A program made the position numbers and the translations under genes. 64,000 nucleotides of DNA from NCBI GenBank assembly GCA_040954595.2, contig CM082586.2, forward strand, positions 4,884,509 to 4,948,508. The letters are read 5' to 3'. The stretch's first letter is position 1; each line of letters begins with the position of its first letter. The notes under the pieces were generated by a model. That model did no database searches, was not told where the DNA came from, and saw nothing but the letters and a program-made list of their open reading frames with translations. This DNA comes from Balanoglossus misakiensis. Taxonomy: Eukaryota > Animalia > Hemichordata. This document shows, piece by piece, positions 1-14,640 of the stretch.

Positions 1-1405
1 AACGACCTGTAAAGTACGTTTAAATCTTCCGTATCGCGCAATGTTATGCGGACACGCTCTGATCGTGGAAATGCTATAATCTTCTCAATTGCGTTTTAAT
101 CCACCGTACTCCGTAATGTTAGACATCTACGTGCTATCAACGTCGGGATCCTGTCTTTACATTCGCCCAATTAAATGATCGCTTCTATGAAGAGAGTAAT
201 GCAAGCAGGTTTTAATTCACACAAAATATGCAAAGTGGGCACATAAGGTGAGATACGTTAGCCAAGTGCATGGATATTTCTGAATACCTTTACATCTAAA
301 GTTATAGATTAGCAACAAATCAAACCGTTACAAACACAGCCCCAACCACTACCAAAACGTTTAAATTCCCATACATTCACACCCAGTCAATTTTCACTTT
401 GATCCGTCACACTGGACTCCAAAATATTACCCGTACACTTCCTTCTTTTGTGGTTACGTTGCAACTATCTTGAAACCGGCGATGTCCCTAAAAAGTACCG
501 TCGGCATGGCAACATGACAGCCGCGCTCCAAGCAGACGTTTGTCGGCATAATTATCATCATCATTAAAAGGGGTTTAATACACGATTAAAATATTTTGTC
601 ACGGGAATATGTCATTGTCGGTGTTCTGAAGGGACAACTCTCGTTGTTCCCATTAATCAAATTGGTCACCTTTAACACGCGATCGATCGCATCACCCCTG
701 CGAGTCGATTCCGTCTACCGCTGGGCCGTATTCAGCATAAATTGTGGGATACAGAGAAACTAAAATTCCTCTTCAATGACATGAGTCGAGGTACATCAAA
801 ATTCATTGCTAAAGCTTATCGGAAACGACAGTCCATACGTTACGAAATATGTTGACTCTCTACAAATGTATATCCTTTTTTGTCTTCAACATTTTGTGAG
901 TTCAGATATTTTCAGAAATATGTGTAGTGTCCCCCTTTACTTTTATGTATCCTGAACAGTAATTCATATGAGAAAATAATTATTATTATTCAAAGTGACT
1001 ATACTCAGCCTGTTGTGGCTTGGTGTATTGCACTAGTCAGTAAAATAAATAAAACGCGCTAGGCTATAAGGTAATGTGACATGCAAAGACTATACCGACA
1101 CCAAGTGATGATTTCTGTACTGTATGAAAATGTCGTTTCAATCATTCTCTCTGACACCACTGCTATATTTACATCTTCCTATGGTTAATAACATGGTCAT
1201 GCATTTTGTAAATCGTACTAACATTTCACTAACTGAATACGATGACACCGAGGTCACGACGGACAGCTAAAATATGACGGTGGAATGACGAAAACCAAAA
1301 CAAGAAAAGTACAAGAGTGCGACAAGAAAAATAGTCCTCTCTCCTGTTATCCCTACCCGACAAACTCTCTCTCTTTTTCTCTCTCTCATGTTACTTTGCT
1401 GCCGT

Positions 1406-1848
1406 CATTGTTGTCTCAAATTGTCACTCGTCACGTTCACATTTTCTTGCGGTTTGCACCAAACTTTGTTTTTAACAAGTCTGTGGTGACGAAGAAACAT
1501 TCCCGTCTCGGCCGTTATAAATTATGCACACCAGGCCGTCTAGTGACGGAGAAGTAACCAAGGTTTCACTTTAAGCAACGCAAAGCAGGGTTGGAGAGAA
1601 AGCAACGTATATAAGATAACTTTAAAGAACATTCGCTAGGAACAAGAGCTTGTCGAGTTCTCTGTGGTAGCGTTAGCAATCTCCCACTGATACGAAACTT
1701 AACCACACACGAGTTTAGACATAAACAATGTAAACCGCGGCTACGTAAAGACATATCGCGCATTTGGCTGGCCTCTACCAAGACGTTGATATATTTCTTT
1801 TTTAACAAATCGCGTTTTGTGGCCTTGCATCATTGTTCAAGGTACGCC
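1406..1848. repeat. Copy 1 of a diverged ~450-bp non-coding direct duplication (partner 2348-2817)
   Basis: Colinear shared blocks: CATTGTTGTC (1406/2348), CTCGTCACGTyCACAwTTCTTGCGGTTT (~1427/~2369), ATAAATTATG (1517/2488), AACCACAC, TAAACAA, AAACCGCGGC, an exact 22-mer AGACGTTGATATATTTCTTTTT (1781/2747) and AGGTACGCC. Both copies follow a pyrimidine tract. Confidence 0.85.
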
Positions 1849-2347
1849 GCTGAAACTATATGTCATTGATATATTTTATTCCTATATCCATTAACGCTTA
1901 CTCATATTGATACGAAAATATGCCTGAATGGTTCGCTGGATGGCTCATATTTTAAAATATCGTAACTTAATTAAAACGTTGTTTTGGTATATGACATATG
2001 TTTGTCTGTGGCATTGATGTCACGGCGAATCAATGGACAACTCTCCAATATCTCGAACAGAATATGAATTTAGAAACTGTCGTTTCATATTCAGAAAAGT
2101 TTAGCACAACCAAAACTTTGTAATAAGTCTAAAAGTCCTATACGATGAATTGATATCGATTGAAGAGTCAGAAATCCACAATTCGTTGAAATTGGAGATA
2201 ATCAGCGTTTACTTTTGAATGCACTTCTATCACACCCACATGAGTGTCGTTAACTTCAGAATGTTGAGGAATTTTGATCGATGGGGAGATGATGTCTACC
2301 CCTCCCCTCCCTTCCCCTCTCTGCCTCCCCCACACACCGCCTTCCAC

Positions 2348-2817
2348 CATTGTTGTCCCTCGTCGTCTCTCGTCACGTCCACAATTCTTGCGGTTTTCAT
2401 CGAAGTTTGCTCAAGAATCAGGTCGGACGTCAGCTTGTAGAACTTGTCAGAGCGACAAAGACGAAAGGGTTTTCGTCCGTGGTTGTCATAAATTATGTCT
2501 TGTCGTGTCAGTTGGGGTACAAGGCGATTTCTGGTGCCAGTTTAAACGCGACTGAGACAGGTAAATGTGACTCCAGAAAGAAAGAGGATAGGCAAGGTTT
2601 GGAAAAATTCTAAACACGTTGTGTTGTGGTCGTGTAAGTTATACTCCATAGATACGGAGCCAACCACACGTCATTTCGAACGTAAACAAGCTAAAACCGC
2701 GGCCGGGCCAGTGCGAAACCTTGCGGATTTTCCCGTCCCTTTGTAGAGACGTTGATATATTTCTTTTTGAGCAGACGACCACCTTTTGCGGCCTTGCAAA
2801 GCAGTGCGAGGTACGCC
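2348..2817. repeat. Copy 2 of the diverged ~450-bp non-coding direct duplication
   Basis: Same ordered blocks as 1406-1848, offset ~940-970 bp. Confidence 0.85.
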
Positions 2818-5800
2818 ACTAACGGGGTGTCCTTGTCACATTTTGTGTTTTCCATTTGCAGACGCTTGATTAATTCCGGTGTGTGTGTTGACAAGAACGA
2901 CACTTGTTGAGTATCGGTTACTGCTTAAATAAGAAAAATGGTGTTCTCTTCATAGATACACGTGTTGTGTCAATACGTTTTCTTGTTATCAAGGACGAGA
3001 TAGAGACACTCGCGGCTCTTCGACTCAACATACCTGGAAGCCATGGTTTTCTTTGATCGACCGTTCGCCGATTTTTTTTTCACTCCGTGCACGCGGGATT
3101 TGGGCGAGTTCTTGGTGAGTGCGACCTGTCGACCTAAACTAAGTTCAAGGCCTCGGGGGCCAGGTTAGCCGAACAGGTTGAGAAACATGGCTTTGGCGAT
3201 GAAGGGGGTTCTTGCAAATGCTGATCTCGCTTTCTCAGGTAAATGTGATCACAGAAAATCGCACGAAAAAGCAACCAACTCCCGGGTCGAAAACACGAAA
3301 TGGAAAGCCTCGCCAGTGTATAATAGCGCCCCCGTGTGTTCGCAAGGCAACCTACAGCATGTCCAGTTTGCATTCATATATTTCGGCCAGCTATTTGGAA
3401 TAGATCACATTTGACCGTAATAAATAAAACATCAAGTGAAATATGTAACTGATGTCGGAACAAAAAGAGGAAGAGATAAAAAAAATTCCAGATAAAATTT
3501 TTTTTCAGACATTGGGACAAAACAGCCAAAGTGGTCATCGTCGAGGGCGGGCGCACAACTGCTCGTAAACGTTTCCCCTACCAGCACGACCCCAAAATTA
3601 TTTTAGATCGGCCAGTTTATTTGCCATAAAATCGTAAAATCCGAGAATATAGACAACAGCGAAAGTTCTGCGTTTACCAGCGTAGCTATTGTTTATCCTG
3701 TGAATTCTCTTCAAAATCTTCAGAGAAGTGAACTTGAATCAAAACAACATACTGAATCATGCGGCCCCAGGAAACATCGAGTATCCGTACACGTGTCTCC
3801 GGCGTTCATGCGACCGCTGGTTTTGCTCGCGTCTCCGCTCTCTCTCAGTCTCTGCGTCTCCTTCTTCGTCAAACATTTCTCAAAAGTCACATTTATGGTC
3901 CTTCCTACCGTTAACTGCCCCTCTTCTAACTTTTGTTTGACGATAAATACATTTATGGCCGTAACTGACGCTCCCCTGTTTCTTGAATAAACATGACACC
4001 CATGGTAATGTCATCCAAACAGACGATGAATATTTCAGCGGTAATTATTTTTTTTTATTCCGAAGGGAAAAAAGACCAGGCTAGGTTGCGAGGGCCAATA
4101 CGTTAAGGTAAAGGTACAGTTCACTATCAGCCAGGCCCCTTGTAGGAAAGATATCGTGAATAACCACACAAAGTGAGCAAACAGTCCCAAATCATCGGTC
4201 ATAGACATGTATGTTTTTTGGACAATTATGCCAATAAAAAATCTCACACGATCGCCGTTGCGTACGTGCAGCCGAGCTCATAAACATGTCAAAACCTCCA
4301 GACTTCTAAAATGAAAAATTAATGTTAAGGGGTTGGACATTCAAGTTACCCATGATTTTTTTCTTTGTCTTTAACTTATCCGAAATGAATCCGCAAATCT
4401 GTATATAGAATTGGTTAAGATCTGGGAAGGAGTGCGATAACGTTTCGTCTTCTGTCAAGATTGACGGCCAGACCCCGTCTAATTTCGATTGCATATCGGT
4501 TGTTGGTGAGTCATCACTTCAAAACAATAGAAGATCTGTCTTAATCTGTGAGTCAAAACTAAGTACAGGCCATTTAAAAAAATAATCTTGAAGTTTGTGC
4601 ACCGGAATAGAGTCGCGACTTTAACATCAACCCACACCATCTTGAGACTTGCATGTAACAATGGTTTGCTATCACGGAACAAAATCAACTACCCAACGAT
4701 CAATTGACTAAGCCGAGCGTTTGAAAACTTTCAATGTATTCATATCGCTCATGAAATTTCGACGCTAATCCCCCTACGACATGACAAAATCCCAATGACA
4801 TAGTTCGCTAAGCCCCCGATAACGCTACATAGTTGGTCATGGTTTCATTTTTTGACCTGCAAAGCTTGCAGTGGCGCGCGGCTCCGTCGGCAACAACGAC
4901 TCGGTTTGTGAAAGTTTTAATTTTTTTTCGTGTTCCTGGAACGGTAAATGCGGAGAATATGGACGGCTTCGTCCACTATTGGCCGGCCACGACATGCCGC
5001 CACAGCCCCGGGGCTTCACCCGCGGCGAGTTTTCCGCTCCTAGACCGATCGGAATTTTAACAACTGGAGTCTGAGCACAGATAACGGCGGAGTTTGCCAT
5101 GTCAGATGGCGAAGATTGCACCACATCAGAGCACCGTGTCGATGTTTGCCGATTTGAGGTGCAGAGTACGCTAACTGTTTTTTTTTTCTGGAGAGTGTCC
5201 ACTGACACAGGCTATCACCGCACTCGAGAGAGAAAAAAGCCTCCATGTTAAAACACGCTTCGGACACTTCTGAAATCGGCTCGGTGTCACGCACGCGCAG
5301 CAGGGTCAACTCGGCGGAGTCGATTTAGGATAACGAGTCTACGTGTAGGGTCAAAGTGTCACCGAGTTATCAGCGGCTACAAGCCAAAAGCGATATAAAT
5401 TGAAAAATTAAAAACGCTTTATGTGCTGCGATTGACAGCGATATGCTTGTTTAAGGTTGTGAAAAGAGTTTGCAGCAACAGGTGGTTGTTGCTTTTTCTA
5501 CCGTCTGCGGCGGCCATTTTGAAGTTGAGCAAGATATCACCAAAAACTTGCGCAAAAAATTCAGCAAGTTGTATTTTCTCCTTGCAGCGATTTGTATTGT
5601 GCTGTCAAAGCAACCTTACTGTCGGATGCTAAAGCTCTTGGCAAATACATAAACTCAAATTTTCAAAATCTCACAGATACGGCCCCGGGCGACATTTTGG
5701 GGATTTGAGCGGAAAAGGCCGTTTAGAAATTGTTGTTTTCGATCTCTCAAGTCGTTTGGAAACCTGCCCATAGTCACCGAAAGCGTAGAGTCATTCTCCG

Positions 5801-8800
5801 CAACATCTGCTAGTTGTTGTACTGACCAAAAATCGGGCTAATTCGTAGCATTTTTCTTAAGTTGATTCTGAATTTTGGCTGGCGTCATATTCGTGTATAT
5901 CATCGTTTGCAGGGTCCCTCTGCAAGTGGCCGCGTTGTAGTCGGTGAGATTCGAATTTGCCCCCCTCGAGACACGATGAACCCCCGGCAGTCCTTTTTAT
6001 CAGTATAACATGAAGGTAACATAGAGAACACTGGATACGTTTTTTCCATATCGTAAAAAGTCTGCCATTCATGTTGATATCGAAGAATAAAATCGAGGTA
6101 CTTGACGAGAAGAGTTTGTTTTCGGTATCATCATCTGTAAGGGTATCTTCAAGCAGAACGACATCAAGAAACCGATTTTTATAATCTTATCTGGGTTTTC
6201 GATACCGAGCGAAAACACAATAAAATTTCTGTTAACAGTGCCCGTTCGCTAGCTCGTATTAAGATCAGCGTTATATCGCAATTCACAACATAGGCCTATC
6301 GTCAAGCCAATACACCGATAGAGCTATTTATGGCCGGATTAAAAAAATACAAATACAATATCGGACGATAATGATGATGTCTGTCTATCTGTCAGGTCAG
6401 ACGGAAAGTGTTTGTTTTGGAATTGTGAACAGACGATAAAAAGTGCTTCAACGATACGATAAGTGGAATTATTTGACGCGTAAAAGACGAATGTGCCAAT
6501 ACATAAAGTGGCATCATTTACAACTTGTCAGTCTGTGAGTTCACACAAAGCCTATATATATGTGACATTATGTGTCTCTCTCTCTTGATAATAGTCTTAT
6601 AAATATTGTTTGTTCCACAAGACTGAATCGAAATCTACAAAGATGAAGACTGGGTCTGAAAGAAGTGTGAAGAATGTGCGCCGGGTGTTGAGCCCGCGGT
6701 ACTGACGCAATGAACAGTGCTCCGGTTATTGATTTATGGAAATGTTGTTTTTTCCATACACGATTTTTCATCATATTTTTTTCTTCGTTGACGGCAAACG
6801 GAAAGGTCCTATCTCTAACTTTGGGAATTCGGCAGATGTGACTCAACCACAATGAGTGATTTGTTGCCAAGGTAACTGCCCTAAAAATAGACAGAGGACT
6901 TTTTTGTGCCAAAGTAAGTAAATTAACCCATGTACACACAAAGAGAGACACTTCGGCCAGCAGTGACCAGGAACCTTCGCCCCCGATTTCAAGTTGTCCG
7001 TCCGACACGAGAGTTGGTATACATTTAACCTGTCTGCTGTAAACGTGGGGGGAGTTTGGCCATATGCTGACGGGCAAAATATTATTAATATAAAAAAAAC
7101 TGTTGCCAGTTTTGAACAGAATCGCACAAAAGTACAGGTCAAAAGTAGAAAGCTGTCAATCATAAATATTAATACAAACTTGCAATAAGTGCTAGCCACA
7201 CGTGATCCACACACAACTCAATAAAAAACCTATAGGCGCGTCGGAGCCAAATGCGCGTCTTGCAACCGGGGACACTTCAACCTACGCTACAGCAGCGTGA
7301 TCGATTCCGGTGCGTGTGGAATAATTAATAACACATTTTTTCATACTTATCGATAAACCCTTCTTGTTTATCGCGCCTTCTGTAGTGCCGACAGATTTTA
7401 AACTGATTATGATCTAACGCGCACGTAAACAGAAAAAAAGTACATATTCATCAGTGAAGTATGATGAGTTTAAGGGACGCAGAGTATTGTAGCTCAGAAA
7501 TAGGTTTTGGAGTTTAATGTTTCGGCGAAGAAAAGGTACTAATATAGTAATGTCATAATGACAGGTAATGCATTGATACTATCGCGGCAAAAGGTGTTTC
7601 TTCTATCTCAGGTTACTCTATTATTTTCCAACTTAAGGACACTTACATTATCCGCAATAGTTTGTAAACTTTTATCAAAGAAGTGATAAAATTGTAGATT
7701 TTACGACACGAATCGTCAGAAGTGGCGCTATTTATGGCTACTTTATGGCGGAGGCTGCCATCGGCGCGACTATTTGCAGCAACGTCTTGCAGCGGTTTGC
7801 GTTGAAGCGTGTGGAGTGGTTGGGTTAGTGTACGAGGCGCCTTCGGACGGAGGCCGTTGATTGACGGGAGGTGTGTGCAGATTGGCGGGTGTGGAGAAAT
7901 GAGCACCGCTGAATGACACTGGCCTCACGCTCTGTAGGATCCCCTTCCCCAGAACACAGACAAATAGAATCTTCTATATAAAATTGAACCCCTTAGATGG
8001 TCCCTTTTTTTTCTCTGTCTGAAAAATCTCCAATCCGACTAGCGCTGCTTTTTAAAACTAGCCTAGAATCTAGCCGACCACGAAGTTTTTCTTGCCCGGC
8101 TGATAACGTGAAAACAGCGGATAGATCTTGGACTCACTCTACCGAATTCAGCACAGCAAATTAATCCTAGACAATTTTAGCGAACTCTGCTCCTGGGATT
8201 GAGCTTGCAGGTAGCTGTCTGTGACCTCACTATTCCTTGAGCAATGTCCATTGGGAGCGATAAAACAGAGACGTAATAGCCCCCTTGATTCCCGCGTATA
8301 GGGCGAACACTTCGTAGGTGAGATTAACTTCTGAACCCCGGGCTTTCATAAAACTCGCCCCGTGTTTGTGGCGATCCTGTCGACGTCGAAATGTGCCCTC
8401 ATATATTCTGCCCATACAAACAACAGCGGGACTGAGATGTACGATCATTTGCGCATAGCGGAAGGGGTTTCTTCCGCTCCCCGGTAACGTGGCTGGGAGT
8501 CAAATCCGGGTTGCCGCTGACCGGACTGCCCTGTGCCGCGTCGAAGTACTCCCGCTCGGCTAGAACCTACGTGCGTGAACCGCCGCCGGCGCCCTCAAGC
8601 GTTCGTCGCTGTATGCGTTACGCGTCGCGACAACTTGAACAGTACTAAAGCTAAATTCAATTTCCAAAAACTTTCTTCGTGGAAAGAGAACACCATAAAC
8701 AGACAATTTGACCCTGTGGTATCAGTAGAGAGACGGAATCATTTTTGTTGAGCGTTGTTACGTCAAAATATGTACATATAACTCCCGTCATGATCTCACT

Positions 8801-11800
8801 AAGCCTTAAACATTAAAAAAAATGTTTTAATTCACCGAAATAGTTTTCACAATGAAAAACGCACTTGAATTTAATTTGGACTGATGCCACAGAGAGGAGA
8901 CACGCAGCTGTTAAATACCATTTTCAATCAATATCTGACGAGAATCGATTTTCTTCCTCCGAACCGCTGTTGACCCCATCACACACGACGGGTAAGCACT
9001 TCACTAAACAAATGAACATCGGCAGACTGAGACTACCCGAGAATTTAGTCATGGAGGCAGCAAAACCGCCCCTTTCGCGAAGGTAGAAATAGCACCCGCC
9101 TCTCTGCGTATATAGTATGTAAAGTCCTTGGCAACTGTACATTATTTGAACATATACATTTAAATAACCTCCGACCGAGCATGGGTATATTTAATATACA
9201 CCACACTGCGTCCTGCGATGAAGGGCGGTACATAAAATCCCCTTTTGAACGACTATCCCGACGTCTGTAGTATATAGTACGTGAAGTACGCAGCAACTTT
9301 CACGCCGATCAACTAGACGTTTTGCAATTGACAGGCCGCGAGATACACGCTGCAATAAACACACATCAAAATATGATATTATCGCCAAAACATGTAATCA
9401 CCGCAGATAGCTAAGGACGGGTCGGACTTGGCTCGGGATTAGCGTACACTAGCTCAGTACACGGCAACCGGCTCAGTTGACTCGGAAATCGGTCGTGAAC
9501 TTGACGCCCCGAAGACCATTTATCTCAATGAATTTCTCCTTAACACTCCACCGCTGCTGTTTGCCGATCCGTCGTTGAATTCCGATAGCGATGTGTCAGT
9601 TTTCAAATACCTCCGGAGCTCGGCTACCGCGCACACGCGAGCGCACAGTTAGTCAGTTCACCTTGCAGAGTTTGCTCGCTGCTTGCACGCCGTGGGTGAA
9701 TTTGACCTTGGGGGAAAATCCCCTAACGTACCCCAAAAAGTGGACGTGCATTGTCGTCTGGTCAAACGGTATAGTGACAGTGAGAAAAGTAAATCACAGT
9801 TAAACTGCATGTCGGTAACGACCTTCCGAACAGACGAGGCGGAGATCATGTAAGCTTACAGTAAACAAACGACCGTCTTTTCTTATTAAAAAAGATATGC
9901 AATTTCGTTTTAACTGCTACTGTGCCACAAAACAGCGTTGATGGGCACGGTGTGCACCATGAAATATTGGCAAAGTGACTTTCTCTGACTTCAATGTACT
10001 TGATTATTTTTAATTTGGTCAGCACAAGTTGTCAACGCAAAGACAAAATTCTGGATAACCAAATCAACAAGTTGAGATAGGCCAGATTTCAATTTTCAAT
10101 TCAAACAGATCTCTGATCGAACTTCGAATAGGATCACCTTGGTTGTCATGGTGACGTTCATGTCTAGACACCAAGTCTGATGTCTGGATGATATTTAAGC
10201 CAAACGGTAAATTTATTTCTTTGAGTTACATCACATCATGAAGGCCAAAATTTTGAATCAGTCGCTTCCAAAATGGACCAAACATTTTTTTAAGAATCGA
10301 TGCGACCCAATCGCGCTATTACTTGTTATGCATCACTCAAACCCCGGAATAACATATACGATATACCGTCAACTGTTTTTCTTTGGAACGCAGTAAAACA
10401 TTTCAAATACATTCCAAATTCCTAGATTTGTAATTTTTAAGGAACAAAACGCTGATCAGAGCCTTAGAGATGTCTGCAGGCAGGCAATGGGAATTCCCCG
10501 CCACCTCTTCAAAATCTCATCTTTGGAAAAGAAACGATAACAGATAAAACCATATTTATTTATTATAGATTTATTACTGATAAACAATATTTATATATTT
10601 GATGTCAATATTTCTACTACACGTAGACCAAAGCATATAGCTGTACCGGCCGCAACCCGGTGTGTCTTTTCTGTATCGTAACTCCAGCATATGTTGTTAC
10701 GGTAGAAATAACCCAGGAGCAAGCAATGGAGTTCTTTGTACAACAACACTATTTCATCAAAACCATCAACTTCTGGTTATAAAAAAAACTTACAATAGAA
10801 ATTATTCTATAGTTTTACCCTGCTTGGTCGAGAGGAAATTTAGTCCGTGACAGTCTCGGTCGAGAAGAAGTTTCTACAATGTCCACGAGTCCTCAGTCTC
10901 ACAGTCCAGGTTGCGTTGAAGAGACTGACATCACAGAGAAGGCACAGAAGCCCGTTGTTCGCAGTCTGTCCTTTCTCACACCAGGCAACGCAGAAAATCT
11001 TGTGCAGGGCCAGTCAGTCAGTCCCCAAAGTCCCCAGTCGTGGCACAACGTTTCAGAATGCATGCTCTCTCACCAATGCAGTGTCAAAAAGTGTCCCACG
11101 TTGAATTTGCGAGCACGCATTCATACCAGTGACCACCTGGCTCAATAATATTATAATGACCATATTGAAATACAAGGCCTTTTGTCATGCAAAAGTAAAA
11201 AACTACTCTCGACCAAGCAACCAAGCGTACACGACAACAAAAGACCGGCGTGTCATGTCGTAACAATGTCTGACATGTGAGTTCTTTGGTGGTGTTAATT
11301 TTTGTACGTACACGATGTTGTGTCATCAGGGTATTTCATATGTAAAGCATACAGGGGGAAGGTGTAAATTATTATGAGCGGAGCAAGAATGGCAGCGACT
11401 CCAGTGAAATAAAACCCACAAACGCCAACTTAGAAACTTTTTTCTGGCGTTCGTTCACTCCTGGACGCAGAGAGAGGGTGTCGTTTGAGAGGCGTACACG
11501 GGGATTCAAGAACAAGCGTATATCGATTATCGAAGAGGGGCTGACACAGTCAATCTCACTCAGGAATAACACAGGGCCCTGGGAACACATTGTTCTGCCA
11601 AAAGTGAGCATTTTGACACCTGACCCGTACTTTGTGCCGAGTAATATATTTGGACACGGACAGGCCGACATAAATATGATTCATAAAGTGTGATTTATAT
11701 TGCGCCTTAATTTTTAGAAGTCGGTTTCAACAAAGTTTGTGAAAATGTGCGATGATGTAGCCACATTTCGTTTGTCGTGTAAGGTTTGCGATAGCTTTCG

Positions 11801-12789
11801 GGACTCACTGTGACGATGAGTCGTTGTGGCAATATCACGGGTTCTATCACTTAAGAGACTTCAAAATGGATAGCGAATTCACCGATATATTTCGATAACA
11901 AGGGAAAGTCAATTGATTCTAGCGTCAGAAAATGAGAAAGATATTCAATGATCGTTGTGCCGGTTTTCGCAAAAACAGAATTTTCGCAATTATCGTTTCT
12001 CCCTGAATAAAAATGAACCGGCGGAATGTAGGTTAAATCGAACCGTTACATGATCCCAAATTTTAGCCACAGCCAGGTATATAGGTGTCTCTCCAACCCA
12101 TTCAAGTCGCCTGTGACACGTTAGTATGATTGATGCCGAGCCACTTGAAGCGCCAGCCGAACCTCCGGGGCGAAAGAGCAACACCCTCTGCGTATAAATC
12201 GGTTCAAACTGACATTCTACATGACTCGTTAGCACGCACCGTGTTACCGTATAAACATCCTTGCATATGACGACGGGAGGGGTCTCATATTTGTCCGTTT
12301 AACTTTATCAAGTGGGTTTTTTGGTCCATGCCGTGCTACTCATAACCGAGTGTACACTTTGCCCCCCCCCCTTCCCAATTTTCTGTGGTGACAATTATCC
12401 CAGCATGGTACACTTTTTTATACCCCAATAAAAATGGCGATCAAAAGAAAAGAAATACCACATGCACGTGAACAAGCCCCAGCTTGGTAGAACGACAGAG
12501 CACTCTGCCTACTCATCGAGTCGAAGGCTATTTTCCTTCTTATTCTTTTCTTCGCATTACTCGAAAATCTTCATAAATCACCGCCCGGGCAATGAGTGAC
12601 CATACAACGATGCGCCTGGTACCACCGTTTCCCGTGTCTCAATGTGCCCACTCTAAAACGTGATTTATTTCCAAGTGAGTGATTGTCCGCGTTAAGAACC
12701 GATGTATCATTCAATAAAGGTGAATTGCCAACTCCAGCGTAGCTTGGAGCCGCGCTCAGGAGAACATGGTGTGTTTATGTTAAGGTGTG

Positions 12790-13000
12790 TGATTGAGTGG
12801 GTTGGGAGAGGGGGTGGGTGGTAGGGGAAATGAGTCCGAGAGGGGGCGGAGGGAGGGAGAGAGGAGAACTGAGAGAGACTGGGGAGGAGGGATGAAGAGT
12901 GAGAGAATGGGACGCCAGACATACAGGTAGAGATAGAGACAGACACACACAGAGACCGCAAACACCAGTCAGCAGAGATAGTGACATAAGAGACGTCAAA
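12790..13000 (+). repeat. Purine-rich low-complexity tract with a G-quadruplex-type motif at 12799-12818
   Basis: GGGTTGGGAGAGGGGGTGGG followed by GA/GACA-rich sequence. Confidence 0.6.
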
Positions 13001-14640
13001 CAAGGAAAAGTGGTGGACGATTAATATTATATCATGGGAATAGACAGGGTTTGGGGAAAAGGCTCGAATATAGAGAAATGACAAACAAGGAAACGGAAAT
13101 AAGTGGTTCAGAACTTGTCCAAACGTGAAAAAATGCAAACTCCAAAATATACCAATATAGCAGGCAGAATGGTACATTGTTCATACAGTTACTCTGGTCG
13201 CATAACCAGAGCCAATTACAGGTTGTCATGCCGTGTCCTCATCGGTGGCCGGGTGAGTAAGTGACAGCGGCCAACAAACAGGGTCGAAATTTGCCAAAGC
13301 AAGGCGACTCCTGCAGAGAAACGTGTACAAATAAAAGAAGACATGTGATTCCAAAGTGGTGTTAATCAAAACTATAGAGGAAACAGGGGATTAAAGGGAG
13401 CAGCGAATATCTTGACCTGTGCGTTGACCGTTTGCTGGCCGACGCTCAATTGCATCGCTGTCAAGCATTTGGATGGCCTTTTTCAATTCTGAATCCTCGG
13501 GCGTTCCATTTGCGTAAATGTGAAGGCGTTTAGTCGCTGAGTCACTCTTATGTGTGTATCTTGTTGGGTATAGTTGGGGTGCTTGGTCGCCACGGCATAT
13601 ACTCAGGTGTTTCACGACATCCAAAGTCACGCAGTGCACCGGTATGAAGCAATGTCCGCCAGACATGCACCTCCCCCCAAAGCGCAGCTACACAAAGTGG
13701 TCAAGTGGCTCTGAACTGCAGAACGGAATACTGATGTTACCCGTCAGAAGAGGCATGTTAGAAATTATGGGAATTTTAAACAGTGTAACACTCATTGGAA
13801 ACTCCATGATACCATGATAGTTCAGTTCGCTTTCAGTCGACGTCCCCCTAAATGTTGATTCCAGAATATTTTTTTAGAAAAAGCAGTAGAAGGGAGACTT
13901 TGTATGCCATTATGACAGTCGGCCCGTTATGTCGAAATTTCGAGACAACAACCCCGGTCAGATTCGGACCAAAGTTTATCAGTGCCACGCGAGTCTGCTC
14001 AGCTGTGATAAACTTTTTTTTGTGTCGCTTGCAAGTTACATCAAAGTTCAGTGAGGTTTTAATTATTTTATAATCCCCGACTCTTAGCCGATCCCAACGA
14101 CGGATTACGCGTTTAGTCCACTCGCTATGCGAGATCACTCAGGTGATTATTACACATGTTACATGTAAATGAAGGGGGTTGGGAAAATGAAATCGGACAT
14201 GCTCATACCTCACCTATCGATATCTACTTTTGAGAAAATTTGACAGGCGCTGAAAATCAAGTATAAAAAAAAACTTTATACCGGGATGTATGCCAAATAA
14301 CATTCACAAAATCTGAACGCTCAGACGGCGTTACAAATCGTTGCCAAACTTCTTATAGGTCGTGATCAACCCTGGTTTTCCTTTAAGCAACGCACATGTG
14401 CGAATGTAAATACTTCTGCGGTTGTCTGACACCATCAAGAGATATATCTCAATTTTTAAACAAATCGACACAAATCATCGGATGTCGTTATTCTGTATTT
14501 TATAACCTTCGTAATCTTTTGTTAGTGCAGTAACTGTTTGTCTGTTTTGTTGCGATAGTTCATAGTCTGTTTAGCATATAGCCAGGTGCCCATGCACCCG
14601 TAATCAACAAGTTAAGCGGCCCAGGCCCAGTAGATTCAGC

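Noticed and set aside
2558-3248. CAGGTAAATGTGA repeated at ~2558 and ~3236, resembling splice donors
   Set aside because: No supporting acceptors or coding frame. A single 13-mer match is insufficient.
9449-9490. TAGCTCAGT, resembling a tRNA/SINE A-box
   Set aside because: No B-box or cloverleaf follows.
13620-13700. Minus-strand frame reading CSCALGGGACLADIASYRCT, faintly EGF-like
   Set aside because: Cysteine spacing is incomplete, stops flank it and there are no convincing splice sites.
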